From an uncultured Clostridium sp. (GTDB lineage Bacteria; Bacillota; Clostridia; Clostridiales; Clostridiaceae), in NCBI RefSeq assembly GCF_963527835.1, contig NZ_CAURTC010000020.1, positions 663 through 64,662 on the forward strand: 64,000 nt of DNA, in the 5' to 3' direction. The notes beneath the pieces are model-generated. The model worked only from the letters and a program-made list of their open reading frames with translations, did not search any database and was not told the origin of the DNA. Positions 19,095-28,863 of the stretch are shown piece after piece. A program made the position numbers and the translations under genes. Every line of letters begins with the position of its first letter. Position 1 is the stretch's first letter.

Positions 19095-20627
19095 ATGAAG
19101 GAGAACACTTTATTAAAATCTACTTTAATAATAATGATAGTATCATGTATAAGTAGAGTTATAGGTTTTGTCAGAGATATACTTATTGCAAATAATTTTG
19201 GTGCTGGTATGTATACGGATGCATATAATATTGCTGTTACTGTACCTGAAACCATTTTTATGCTTATAGGGCTTGCAATCTCTACAGCATTTTTACCAGT
19301 ACTTAGCAAGATAAAAGCAAAAAATGGTACAAATGAAATGTATGCTTTCGCAAATAATGTGATTAACATATTATTTATTATTTCAGTTATATTTTTTCTA
19401 ATAACTAGTATTTTCTCAAAAGAAATAGTTATGGCTTTAGGAAAGGGACTTGACACAGAAACAACGATTTTAGCAATTAGATTAACTAGAATTACATTGA
19501 TTAATTTATTGTTTATGTCAATTAACGCATGCTTTACATCATTGTTACAAGTTAATGAAGATTTTGTTATACCATCAATATTAGGTTTGTTTTTTAACTT
19601 ACCTATGATTATATATTTACTATTTTTTAGAAGCTATGATATTATTGGATTAACTATAGCTAATGTTATAGGAAACTTTTTTAGAGTGCTAGTACAAGTA
19701 CCATCTTTAGTTTCCCACGGATATAAGTATAAATTTTTTGTTGATTTAAAGGATGAAGGACTAAAATCTATTTTAATACTAATAATTCCAGTAGTTATAG
19801 CAGCAGGTGCAAATTCTTTAAATATGATAGTTGACAAAAGAATTGCATCATCATTAGAAATTGGTTCTATTTCAGCATTAGGGTATGCAGAAAAACTTAT
19901 ATTTTTTATAAATAGTATAATAACAACATCTATATCAAGTGTTGCATATCCTATGATGGCTAATGCTAGGAATGCAAAAAAGATAGATGAGTTTGTAGGG
20001 TTATTAAAAAAATCTCTTATATATTTAGCTCTAATTTTAATACCAATTACAGTTGGAGTTATAATATTTAAAGAAGATATTGTAAGTATTATATATAAAA
20101 GAGGGAAGTTCACAGATTATGCAGTAAAATTAACAAGTTTGGCTTTACTTGGTTATACAGTTGGGATATTCTTTACTGGAATGAGAGATATATTAAACTC
20201 TACTTTGTTTTCTATGGGGAAAACTAAGATTACAACTTTAAATGGAATTATAGGAGTAATCATAAATATATGTTTAAGCATAATATTATCAAAAACTATG
20301 GGTATATCTGGAGTAGCATTAGCATCTTCAATAGCTATGGTTATAACTTCTATTTTATTATTTATTAGTATTACAAAATTAGAACGTAATTTTACTTATA
20401 AAGATTTATTTGTTAAAATATTCAAGATAATTATTAATTCAATTTTAATGGGATTAGTTATTATTACATTTATAAATTTAATAGATGGAAAAATACCAAA
20501 AATAGTGATTATGATTTTAGGAACTATTATTGGTATTATAAGTTATTTTATATTATGTAATTTATTTAATATAAAAGAGGTACAGGAGATAAAAAAATTA
20601 TTTTTAAACAAAGTAAAGAAGAAATAA
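19095..20627 (+). CDS. murJ: MurJ/MviN family flippase
   Basis: SRVIGFVRD...FGAGMYTDAY motif; multi-TM; ATG 19095 follows SD AAGGTG. Confidence 0.85.
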   Translation: MKENTLLKSTLIIMIVSCISRVIGFVRDILIANNFGAGMYTDAYNIAVTVPETIFMLIGLAISTAFLPVLSKIKAKNGTNEMYAFANNVINILFIISVIFFLITSIFSKEIVMALGKGLDTETTILAIRLTRITLINLLFMSINACFTSLLQVNEDFVIPSILGLFFNLPMIIYLLFFRSYDIIGLTIANVIGNFFRVLVQVPSLVSHGYKYKFFVDLKDEGLKSILILIIPVVIAAGANSLNMIVDKRIASSLEIGSISALGYAEKLIFFINSIITTSISSVAYPMMANARNAKKIDEFVGLLKKSLIYLALILIPITVGVIIFKEDIVSIIYKRGKFTDYAVKLTSLALLGYTVGIFFTGMRDILNSTLFSMGKTKITTLNGIIGVIINICLSIILSKTMGISGVALASSIAMVITSILLFISITKLERNFTYKDLFVKIFKIIINSILMGLVIITFINLIDGKIPKIVIMILGTIIGIISYFILCNLFNIKEVQEIKKLFLNKVKKK

Positions 20628-20638
20628 TAGGAGGACAT

Positions 20639-21922
20639 ATGAAAATATTATTTATAGCTTGTTATTCTCCATTAATAAATAATTCAGCTGCAATAGAGAC
20701 TTTGCAGTATTTAAATAAATTAAGCGAAATTCCAGGAAATGAAATACATTTATTAACAGTGAATTTTCCGAAAAATTCAATATATTATGATGAATATTTA
20801 TTTTCTATGATGGATAGTAAAATAAAATATCATTTAATTGATGGGGGAGCAATATTCAAAAAATTTATTCCTAGAAAGCAAAGTACAGCTAATGTAAATA
20901 AAGAATCTATAAAAAATAAAAAGTTTTTAAGAAAGATTAAAAATGCATTTGTAATACCTGATATGTATTATGGATGGGCTAAAAAGGCAGCTAAGTATGG
21001 AATTCAACTTATGCAACAAGAAAAAATTGATGTTATATTTTCAATGCATGAGCCACCATCTTCTCATTTATGTGCATATTATATAAAAAGAAGATTTAAG
21101 AATGTGCCTTGGATAACTTATTGGAGTGATCCGTGGCTTAAAGATTCAACACGTCAAAATTCTTTTGTTTTAAAAAGATTGATTGAAAAGAATATGGAAA
21201 AGAATGTAGTTGAACTAGCTAATAAATTTATTTTTGTAACTGAAGAAAACAAAAAAGATTACTTAAATCAATACAAAGTTGTTCAATCTAAAAGTGATTT
21301 TACTTATATATTAAACAGGGGATTTGATAAAGAATTGTATAATAAATTATCATTAGAAGATACCCCATCTTTTATAAAAAGAAATAAATTGAATATGGTT
21401 TATACAGGAGAAATATTTACTAAATTAAGAAATATAAATCCTTTTATTGAAGCACTAGAAGAAATTAAAAGTGAAAATAAAGAAGACTATGAATTACTTA
21501 ATATTTTGTTTTTTGGTAATATAGATGATATTGAGATTAAAAGAAAATTAAGTAATTTAGATATAGCAAAAGTTTCGAATAGAATACCTTTTGATGAAGC
21601 ACTTAAGTATATGTTGAACTCTGAAGTACTACTTTTATTTGGTAATAAAAATTCTAAGCAAATACCTGCAAAGATATATGATTATTTTGGAACTAATGCA
21701 AGAGTTTTTGTTATTTATGGTGATGATAATGATCCAATTAAAGATGTAGTTGAGAGGAATGAAAAATGTATTAATACTGGTAATTCTGTTAAAGAAATAA
21801 AAAATAACATATATAAGTTAATAGATTTATATAAAAGTAATAATATAAAAACAGCACCTGACTATAAATATGAATGGAATAGCATAGTCAAGAAATTAAA
21901 TACTATATTAGAAGAGAAGTGA
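20639..21922 (+). CDS. Glycosyltransferase (GT-B, family 4-like)
   Basis: WSDPW and IPAKIYDY motifs; operon context. Confidence 0.75.
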   Translation: MKILFIACYSPLINNSAAIETLQYLNKLSEIPGNEIHLLTVNFPKNSIYYDEYLFSMMDSKIKYHLIDGGAIFKKFIPRKQSTANVNKESIKNKKFLRKIKNAFVIPDMYYGWAKKAAKYGIQLMQQEKIDVIFSMHEPPSSHLCAYYIKRRFKNVPWITYWSDPWLKDSTRQNSFVLKRLIEKNMEKNVVELANKFIFVTEENKKDYLNQYKVVQSKSDFTYILNRGFDKELYNKLSLEDTPSFIKRNKLNMVYTGEIFTKLRNINPFIEALEEIKSENKEDYELLNILFFGNIDDIEIKRKLSNLDIAKVSNRIPFDEALKYMLNSEVLLLFGNKNSKQIPAKIYDYFGTNARVFVIYGDDNDPIKDVVERNEKCINTGNSVKEIKNNIYKLIDLYKSNNIKTAPDYKYEWNSIVKKLNTILEEK

Positions 21923-21927
21923 TTATA

Positions 21928-23091
21928 ATGCATATTATGGTAATACCATCGTGGTATTCATCACCGAGAAATAAGGTTCATGGTAGCTTTTTCAAAGAAC
22001 AATTTAAAGCTTTAGCAAGTAGTGGTGAAAAAATTACAGTGGCGTATAATGAAATTTGGCCACTTACGTTAATTGGTAAAACAAAGGAAAAAAGAAAAAT
22101 TAATTTCAGTATTGAAGAGAATCTTAGAACTTATAGATATAAAGATTTTAATTATTTTCCTAAAAATCCACTGATGTTTAAAAGTTTTAATAAGAGAATG
22201 GATAAATTATATAAAGAAATAGTTAAAAAAGAAGGAAAAGTTGATATAATACATGCTCATTCTGCAATGTGGGGTGGAATTTCTGCAGCTTATATAAGTG
22301 AAAAATATAATATACCATTAGTTATAACAGAGCATTCATCATTAAAGTATGCAAAATATTTAAAAGATAGCTATAGAAAACATATTTATAAAGTCTATGA
22401 AAGTTGTGACTCATTAATAGCAGTAGGTAATGGTTTAAAAAAGGAACTTAACGCATATGTAAATAGAGATATAGAGGTTATTCATAATATGGTTGATTTA
22501 TCTTTATTTAATACGGAAGCAAATTATCATAAAGAAATAACAAGTAATAAGGCTACATTTTTTTCATGTGCTTTTCTTGAAGAGGGAAAAGGAATAGAAT
22601 TATTAATAAAATGTTTTAAAGAAGCATTTATTAATGAGAGCGTTGTCCTTAAAATAGGGGGAGACGGCTCTCTAAAAGCTTCACTAGAAGAATTTGTTAA
22701 AAGTATAGGTATGAAAAAACAGATATTTTTTTTAGGTGCTTTATCGAGGCAAGAAGTCGCTAATGAAATGAAAAATTGTGATGTTTTTGCATTACCATCA
22801 GAACATGAAACTTTTGGCATTGTTTATATAGAGGCGTTAGCTTGTGGCAAGCCTGTTATTGGTGCTAAAAATGGTGGAGCTGAAGATATAATAACTGAAG
22901 AAAATGGAATTATTATTGAAAAAAATAATGAGGAACAATTAATAGAGGCTTTGAAATATATGAAAGATAATTATAAAAATTATGATGAAGATAATATTAG
23001 AAATATGACAATTAAAAGCTATTCTGAAGATTTGTTAGTGAAGAATTTGAAGGGAGTGTATAAAAGAGTAAATGAAAGAGGTATTAAATAA
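21928..23091 (+). CDS. Glycosyltransferase family 4
   Basis: IIHAHS and ETFGIVYIEALACGKPVI motifs. Confidence 0.9.
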   Translation: MHIMVIPSWYSSPRNKVHGSFFKEQFKALASSGEKITVAYNEIWPLTLIGKTKEKRKINFSIEENLRTYRYKDFNYFPKNPLMFKSFNKRMDKLYKEIVKKEGKVDIIHAHSAMWGGISAAYISEKYNIPLVITEHSSLKYAKYLKDSYRKHIYKVYESCDSLIAVGNGLKKELNAYVNRDIEVIHNMVDLSLFNTEANYHKEITSNKATFFSCAFLEEGKGIELLIKCFKEAFINESVVLKIGGDGSLKASLEEFVKSIGMKKQIFFLGALSRQEVANEMKNCDVFALPSEHETFGIVYIEALACGKPVIGAKNGGAEDIITEENGIIIEKNNEEQLIEALKYMKDNYKNYDEDNIRNMTIKSYSEDLLVKNLKGVYKRVNERGIK

Positions 23092-24310
23092 AATTTACAA
23101 TTTTGTAGATAACAGATTGTATTTTAGATTACTATATATATTAGTTAGCTTAGGATTTGCAACTATTTTTTTTTATGTCCCAGCAATAAAGAAATTAAAT
23201 ACTATTGTTTTAGCTTGGGGTATTTTACTAATATTAATTATGATGTTTAAAGATTATAAAACAAGGAAGGTATACAAGTTTGATATTCCAATAATTTTAT
23301 TTATAATTTTTACTTTAGCACTTAACATATTTGCTTATAGGACTACGGAAAACATCAAAAAATGGATAGTTAATTTAATGATATTTACATCGTTATATAC
23401 GATAGATGTATTTAAAAGCAAAAGACAAAATATAAAAGAAATGAGGATTATATCATATTTTTATATTGCTTTAATGTTACCACTGTCAATAGTATCATTA
23501 TATGTTGACTATAAGAAGATAACTATACAGGCAACTGATATGGTATTTGGAACAGGTCGATCATTTGGAATCTTTGTAAATCAAAATGCTTTATCTATAG
23601 CAGCAGGATTAGCACTTGTATTAAGTATTTATTTAATGTTAAAAAATAATAGTAGTAAGATGAAAATATTATTATTTTTAAATATTATTATACAAGGAAT
23701 TACAATGGTGAAAGCAAATGGAAGAAGTTCATATTTGCTTATAATTGCTGTAATATACTTATTTATATTTGTGTATTTAAAAAATAAATATTTAAGAATA
23801 GCATTATTAATAATTCCGTTTTTATGTTCAAGTGTATTGTTAACTTTTAATGATGATAGATTACATGGGTTTACAAGTGGAAGAAATATTTTATGGAAAT
23901 CAGCTGGTTTTGTTATAAAAGACAATCCGATGATTGGAGTAGGAAATTCAGATTTAATAGAAGCAGTAAGAAATGCTAGAGTAGTTGAATATTTACCAGG
24001 AATAGAATATGGTGGACTTCATAATGTTTATCTTGAAATTGCAGCTACAAATGGGATTGTTTCATTAGCATTAATGTTGGTATTTTTAATAAGCATCATG
24101 GTATTTATAATAAAATATTTAGATAAATTAAGAGGAAAAGAAAAACTTCAAATGACTACAATAGCATCTATGCTACTTGGAATATTAGGAGTTAATGCAT
24201 TTGAAAGTAATTTAGTTTATATAATAAGTTTTATATCCATTATGTTTTGGATATATCTTGGGTATACAATATCTATATTAGATAATAGAAATATAAGCAA
24301 TAATAACTAG
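23072..24310 (+). CDS. O-antigen ligase/Wzy-like membrane protein
   Basis: Multi-TM; SGRNILW...P.IGVG and LHNVYLE motifs. Confidence 0.85.
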   Translation: MKEVLNKIYNFVDNRLYFRLLYILVSLGFATIFFYVPAIKKLNTIVLAWGILLILIMMFKDYKTRKVYKFDIPIILFIIFTLALNIFAYRTTENIKKWIVNLMIFTSLYTIDVFKSKRQNIKEMRIISYFYIALMLPLSIVSLYVDYKKITIQATDMVFGTGRSFGIFVNQNALSIAAGLALVLSIYLMLKNNSSKMKILLFLNIIIQGITMVKANGRSSYLLIIAVIYLFIFVYLKNKYLRIALLIIPFLCSSVLLTFNDDRLHGFTSGRNILWKSAGFVIKDNPMIGVGNSDLIEAVRNARVVEYLPGIEYGGLHNVYLEIAATNGIVSLALMLVFLISIMVFIIKYLDKLRGKEKLQMTTIASMLLGILGVNAFESNLVYIISFISIMFWIYLGYTISILDNRNISNNN

Positions 24311-24322
24311 GGGGATTTTTAA

Positions 24323-24973
24323 ATGGAATTTTATAAACAAACAATAAAAGAATTTATTGGGGATGTAGAAAGTGATAAGGCATCACCAGGTGGTGGAAGT
24401 GTAGCAGGATTATTAGGGGCATTATCAGGGGCATTGAACTCAATGGTATATTCTTTAACTGTGGGCAAGAAAAAGTACCAAGAATTAGATGAAGAAACTA
24501 AAGCTATGATAGATAACTTTAGAGAACAATCTAAAGAATTTACATATAGAAGCTTAGAATTAATGGAAGAAGATCGAAATGGATTCTTGAAGTTAATGGA
24601 ATGTTATAAACTTCCTAAAGATACAGAAGAAGAAAAATGTAATAGAAATAATGCTATAAAAGAAGGCGCAAAAGAGGCTATGATGCCACCACTAAAATTA
24701 GCTAGGGAGTCATTTGCATTTTATAAAAACTTAGATGTTATGAGCAAATATGGTAACAAAATGCTTTTATCAGACCTAGGTATGTCAGCAGTATTATTAC
24801 ACTGCACTATAGAAAGTGCAATAATGAATGTTAAAGTTAACTTAAATGGCTTAAGAGATGATAAAATATTCTTTAATGAAATAAAAGAGGAATTAGACAC
24901 TTTACTTAATAAATCTAGAGATAAAAAAGAAATAATCGTAACTGAAGTAAACTCAGTTATATTTCAAGAATAA
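24323..24973 (+). CDS. Cyclodeaminase/cyclohydrolase family protein (FTCD C-terminal, FchA-like)
   Basis: SPGGGSVA, GNKMLLSD and NVKVNL motifs. Confidence 0.88.
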   Translation: MEFYKQTIKEFIGDVESDKASPGGGSVAGLLGALSGALNSMVYSLTVGKKKYQELDEETKAMIDNFREQSKEFTYRSLELMEEDRNGFLKLMECYKLPKDTEEEKCNRNNAIKEGAKEAMMPPLKLARESFAFYKNLDVMSKYGNKMLLSDLGMSAVLLHCTIESAIMNVKVNLNGLRDDKIFFNEIKEELDTLLNKSRDKKEIIVTEVNSVIFQE

Positions 24974-24983
24974 TAATTTGCAA

Positions 24984-25250
24984 TTAAATCTATGTTTATA
25001 TATGCAATAGGCAAAATGGCATTGTAATTGGATTTTGAAAATAGTTAAGTGAGAGTCGGAATTTTCATATTTCGTTCCTCGAACTTACTCAGCGACTAAA
25101 TAGGAGTCGAGTTTCATTTTTAATTTACATTTATTGCTTGCCTCAATTTTATATTGGGAACAAGCTGAAATGGGACTATACTTGTTTTTAGTATTCCTAA
25201 GTTCAATTACTCAGTCCACTTTGCTTATGCATATCTTAACATAGATTTAA
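24984..25250 (+). repeat. Intergenic repeat family, near full-length copy E
   Basis: Highly similar to 41174-41463 and 50136-50403; IR ttaaatctatgtt/aacatagatttaa. Confidence 0.93.
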
Positions 25251-25267
25251 ATTATAGTCTTAAATAG

Positions 25268-25314
25268 AAAAGGGACTATACATAATGAATAAAAATTATG
25301 CATAGTCCCTTTTT
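25268..25314. terminator. Bidirectional terminator
   Basis: aaaagggactat/atagtcccttttt between convergent genes. Confidence 0.85.
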
Positions 25315-25354
25315 ATATATTTAAAAGCATTGTTTAAGAATAGACTAAATATCT

Positions 25355-26224
25355 TTATTCTGTTGGAAGTTCATTTAAGGATTTAAATTCATATCCATCA
25401 TCTTGTAATTTTTTTATAACAGTATCTAATATTTTTGCATTGGTATCAGATACTGCATGAAGAAGCATTATACATCCAGGATGAGCACCTTTAGTTATTT
25501 TATCTATTGCAAAGCTTTCAGCAGGCTGATTTTTCACCAACCAATCTTTATAAGCAAAACTCCAAAATACGGACTTATATCCTAAGTCTTTTGTCATTTT
25601 TAAAGAATCTTTTGAATATTTACCCATTGGTGGTCTAAAATATTTTGGCATATCTTTTCCTACAACCTTTTTATAAGCTTCTTCTACATCAGTAAATTCG
25701 GCTTCAAATTTAGCTTTATCATGAATTGATGCCATTGAAGGATGATGTGATGAATGATTACATACTAAATGTCCTTCATCAACCATTCTTTTAATTAAAT
25801 CGGGCTCAGTATCAATATAAGGTTTAACAACAAAAAAGGCAGCAGGTACATTTAATTTTTTTAATGTATCTAATATTTTACCTGTATTACCATTTTCATA
25901 TCCTTCATCAAAAGTAAGATATATTACTTTTTTAGATGTATCTCCAAGATAACAAGCATCATTTTCTTTTAGGAAATCTACAGATTCTTTTGGTCCTTCA
26001 GCTACATTATCCTTACCTTTACCAACATAATACCAATTTAGCTCTCCTTGATCTGAAAATAATGAAAATATATCTTTAACTTTACTTTCCTCAAATTCTA
26101 TAAATTCTTCTTGCTCATTTTCTTTTGATTTCTTAGATCTTGCATTAATAGGTAATGCAAGAGAATTTATTGTTAATACTGAAACTAATAAAGCTAAAAT
26201 TGATCTTTTATAATATTTTTTCAA
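25355..26224 (-). CDS. pdaA: Spore cortex delta-lactam biosynthetic de-N-acetylase
   Basis: YLTFDEGYENG, NHSSHHP, FRPPMG, WSFAYKDW and LLHAVS motifs. Confidence 0.88.
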   Translation of the reverse strand: MKKYYKRSILALLVSVLTINSLALPINARSKKSKENEQEEFIEFEESKVKDIFSLFSDQGELNWYYVGKGKDNVAEGPKESVDFLKENDACYLGDTSKKVIYLTFDEGYENGNTGKILDTLKKLNVPAAFFVVKPYIDTEPDLIKRMVDEGHLVCNHSSHHPSMASIHDKAKFEAEFTDVEEAYKKVVGKDMPKYFRPPMGKYSKDSLKMTKDLGYKSVFWSFAYKDWLVKNQPAESFAIDKITKGAHPGCIMLLHAVSDTNAKILDTVIKKLQDDGYEFKSLNELPTE

Positions 26225-26257
26225 TTTGTCACCCTCTATCTTAAAACTATTTATTTT

Positions 26258-26584
26258 GACTATATTTTAAAAGTGTGCTGATATTGTAGTATAAAGCTAG
26301 CAGACAGAATTTAAAAATTCAATTAAGCCATTATACGAAAATATCAACATTGGCTTAAAATATATCTATTTTATATAACGTTTTCTAAATATTATATAGA
26401 ATAATAAATTTCTACAGATTTAGAATATGTTCATATTAAATATTCTTTGTATTTTATCAAATTATTAATCATGGTAATTTCTATTAAATATAGATTTTTA
26501 TTTAAGTAACTATTTATTTTAGGCATGTTGAACCAAAATCCTCTGTCTACAAGCCCCATACTACAATATCAAACATATTTAGTT
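26258..26584. repeat. MITE-like element with family-type termini but an unrelated interior (copy I)
   Basis: tgatattgtagtataaagctagcagacaga / tctgtctacaagccccatactacaatatca imperfect ~45-bp IR. Confidence 0.7.
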
Positions 26585-26611
26585 GAAATGAAAAGCGTTC
26601 TAGAGTATAAT
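26583..26611 (+). promoter_or_regulatory. SigA promoter of ychF
   Basis: TTGAAA-17-TATAAT. Confidence 0.75.
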
Positions 26612-26651
26612 TTTTAAAGGTGTATTAAATGTTAGAAAGGACTGTACATAA

Positions 26652-27749
26652 ATGAAGTTAGGAATTGTAGGATTGCCGAATGTAGGTAAAAGTACATTAT
26701 TTAATGCGATAACAAAAGCTGGCGCAGAATCAGCTAATTACCCATTCTGTACGATTGAACCAAATGTTGGAGTAGTTAGTGTTCCAGATAAGAGATTAGA
26801 TGTTTTAGAAAAAATGTATAATACAAAGAAAAAAGTATATACAGCCATAGAATTCTATGATATAGCAGGACTAGTTAAAGGAGCTTCAAAAGGTGAAGGT
26901 TTAGGAAATAAATTTTTAGCCAACATTAGAGAAGTTGAATCAATAGTTCACGTTGTAAGATGTTTTGATGATGAAAATGTTGTTCACGTTGAAGGTACTG
27001 TTAATCCAATAAGAGATATTGAAACTATAAACTTAGAATTAATTTTTTCAGATTTAGAAGTTTTAGAAAGAAGAATGGAAAAAGGTATAAAACTTGCAAG
27101 ATCTGGTGATAAAACGGCTAAGTTTGAATATGAAATTATGGAAAAAATTAAAGAACAATTAGAATCTAATAAACCAGCAAGAACTTTAGAATTTACAGAT
27201 GAAGAGCAAGCTTTTGTAAAAGGATTATTCTTAATTACTTCAAAGCCTGTTTTATATGCTTGTAATATTTCTGAAGATGATGTTATGGAAGGAAACTTCG
27301 AAAATAAATATGTAAAAACAGTAAAAGAATATGCAGCATCTGAAAATTCAGAAGTAATAGTTGTAAGTGCTAAGATAGAAGAAGAAGTATCTGGTTTAGA
27401 AGAAGATGAAAAAAATGAAATGCTAAGAGAATATGGTTTGGAAGAATCTGGTCTTGATAAGTTAATTCAAGCAAGTTATAAATTATTAGGACTTATGAGT
27501 TTCTTAACAGCTGGAGTTCAAGAAGTTAGAGCTTGGACTATAAAAAGAGGAACTAAAGCACCTCAAGCTGCTAGTAAAATTCATACTGATATTGAAAGAG
27601 GATTTATTAGAGCGGAAGTTGTTGGATATAATGATTTAGTTGAGTGTGGATCAGAAGCAGCAGCTAAAGAAAAAGGTAAGTTCAGACTTGAAGGAAAAGA
27701 TTACATAATGGAAGACGGAGATGTAGTTAACTTCAGATTTAACGTATAA
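26652..27749 (+). CDS. ychF: Ribosome-binding ATPase YchF
   Basis: [22 protein letters not shown] and [17 protein letters not shown] motifs. Confidence 0.97.
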   Translation: MKLGIVGLPNVGKSTLFNAITKAGAESANYPFCTIEPNVGVVSVPDKRLDVLEKMYNTKKKVYTAIEFYDIAGLVKGASKGEGLGNKFLANIREVESIVHVVRCFDDENVVHVEGTVNPIRDIETINLELIFSDLEVLERRMEKGIKLARSGDKTAKFEYEIMEKIKEQLESNKPARTLEFTDEEQAFVKGLFLITSKPVLYACNISEDDVMEGNFENKYVKTVKEYAASENSEVIVVSAKIEEEVSGLEEDEKNEMLREYGLEESGLDKLIQASYKLLGLMSFLTAGVQEVRAWTIKRGTKAPQAASKIHTDIERGFIRAEVVGYNDLVECGSEAAAKEKGKFRLEGKDYIMEDGDVVNFRFNV

Positions 27750-27765
27750 CATAATTTTTTATACT

Positions 27766-27798
27766 AAAAGGAACCTTTGAGTGAAGGTTCCTTTTTTT
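27766..27798 (+). terminator. Intrinsic terminator
   Basis: aaaaggaacctt/aaggttcctttt plus Ts. Confidence 0.9.
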
Positions 27799-27900
27799 CT
27801 TTAGAAAATTATATTTTAAAATTAAACTTTTATTATGTAAGGATATATTTAAAATAAAAATAATATATATACTTTAAGAATGTTTATAAGGAGTTATTTT

Positions 27901-28737
27901 ATGGAAACAAAAAAATCATTACGTAATTTGAGCTTTTGGATAATTTTATCTATATTATTTAATCTATTTATTTTTCATTTTAAGGGTGAAAGTGCTGCAA
28001 TTGAATATTTTGGAGGCTACATAATAGAAATGTCTTTAAGTTTAGATAATTTATTTTTATTCTTAATGATATTTTCAAGCTTTGGAATAAGAGAAGAGTA
28101 TCAAGAAAGAGTATTATTATATGGAGTTGTTGGAGCTATGATACTACGTCTTATATTTATTTTACTTGGCGTTACTATAGTAAATAAGTTCCACTGGATT
28201 CTTTATGTTTTTGGAGTGGTTTTGCTATTTAGTGGATTTAAAATGTTGTTTTGCAAAGATGACAATATAGAATTTCATGATAATTTTACTGTTAAATTAT
28301 TAAGGAAAATTATACCGGTGAGTAATACAATGAATGGTAATAAGTTCTTTGAAAGAAAAAATAAAACTCTTTATGCAACTCCATTGTTCGTTGTTTTATT
28401 AGTAATAGAATTTTCAGATGTAATATTTGCTTTGGATTCAATACCAGCAATATTCTCAATAACAACAGATACCTTTATAGTATATACGTCTAATATATTT
28501 GCAATACTTGGATTAAGAAGTATGTATTATGTGCTAGCTAAAATGAATAGTATATTTAGATTTATGAAATACGGAGTTGGATTTATATTAATGTTTACTG
28601 GAGTAAAGCTTATAATAATTCATTTTGGAATTGAAATCTCAGTATTAAATTCAGTATTAATAATCATGATTATATTACTTACAAGCATTTTATTTTCATT
28701 ATTATTTGATAGTAATAAAAAAGAGAAAAGATGCTAA
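27901..28737 (+). CDS. TerC/Alx family metal homeostasis membrane protein
   Basis: SLSLDNLF and DVIFALDSIPA motifs; SD AAGGAG before ATG 27901. Confidence 0.9.
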   Translation: METKKSLRNLSFWIILSILFNLFIFHFKGESAAIEYFGGYIIEMSLSLDNLFLFLMIFSSFGIREEYQERVLLYGVVGAMILRLIFILLGVTIVNKFHWILYVFGVVLLFSGFKMLFCKDDNIEFHDNFTVKLLRKIIPVSNTMNGNKFFERKNKTLYATPLFVVLLVIEFSDVIFALDSIPAIFSITTDTFIVYTSNIFAILGLRSMYYVLAKMNSIFRFMKYGVGFILMFTGVKLIIIHFGIEISVLNSVLIIMIILLTSILFSLLFDSNKKEKRC

Positions 28738-28863
28738 TATTAAAAATAAAAATAAAAAATTTTACTAATAGTATTTAACTTTTATCACATAAGGAGTATT
28801 ATGTATTAGAAGATAATAATTATTTATTAATACATAATATTCAAAATGGGGAGAGATATAATT

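Noticed and set aside
27800..27900. yybP-ykoY Mn riboswitch expected before terC
   Set aside because: The leader is short and almost purely A/T; no aptamer visible
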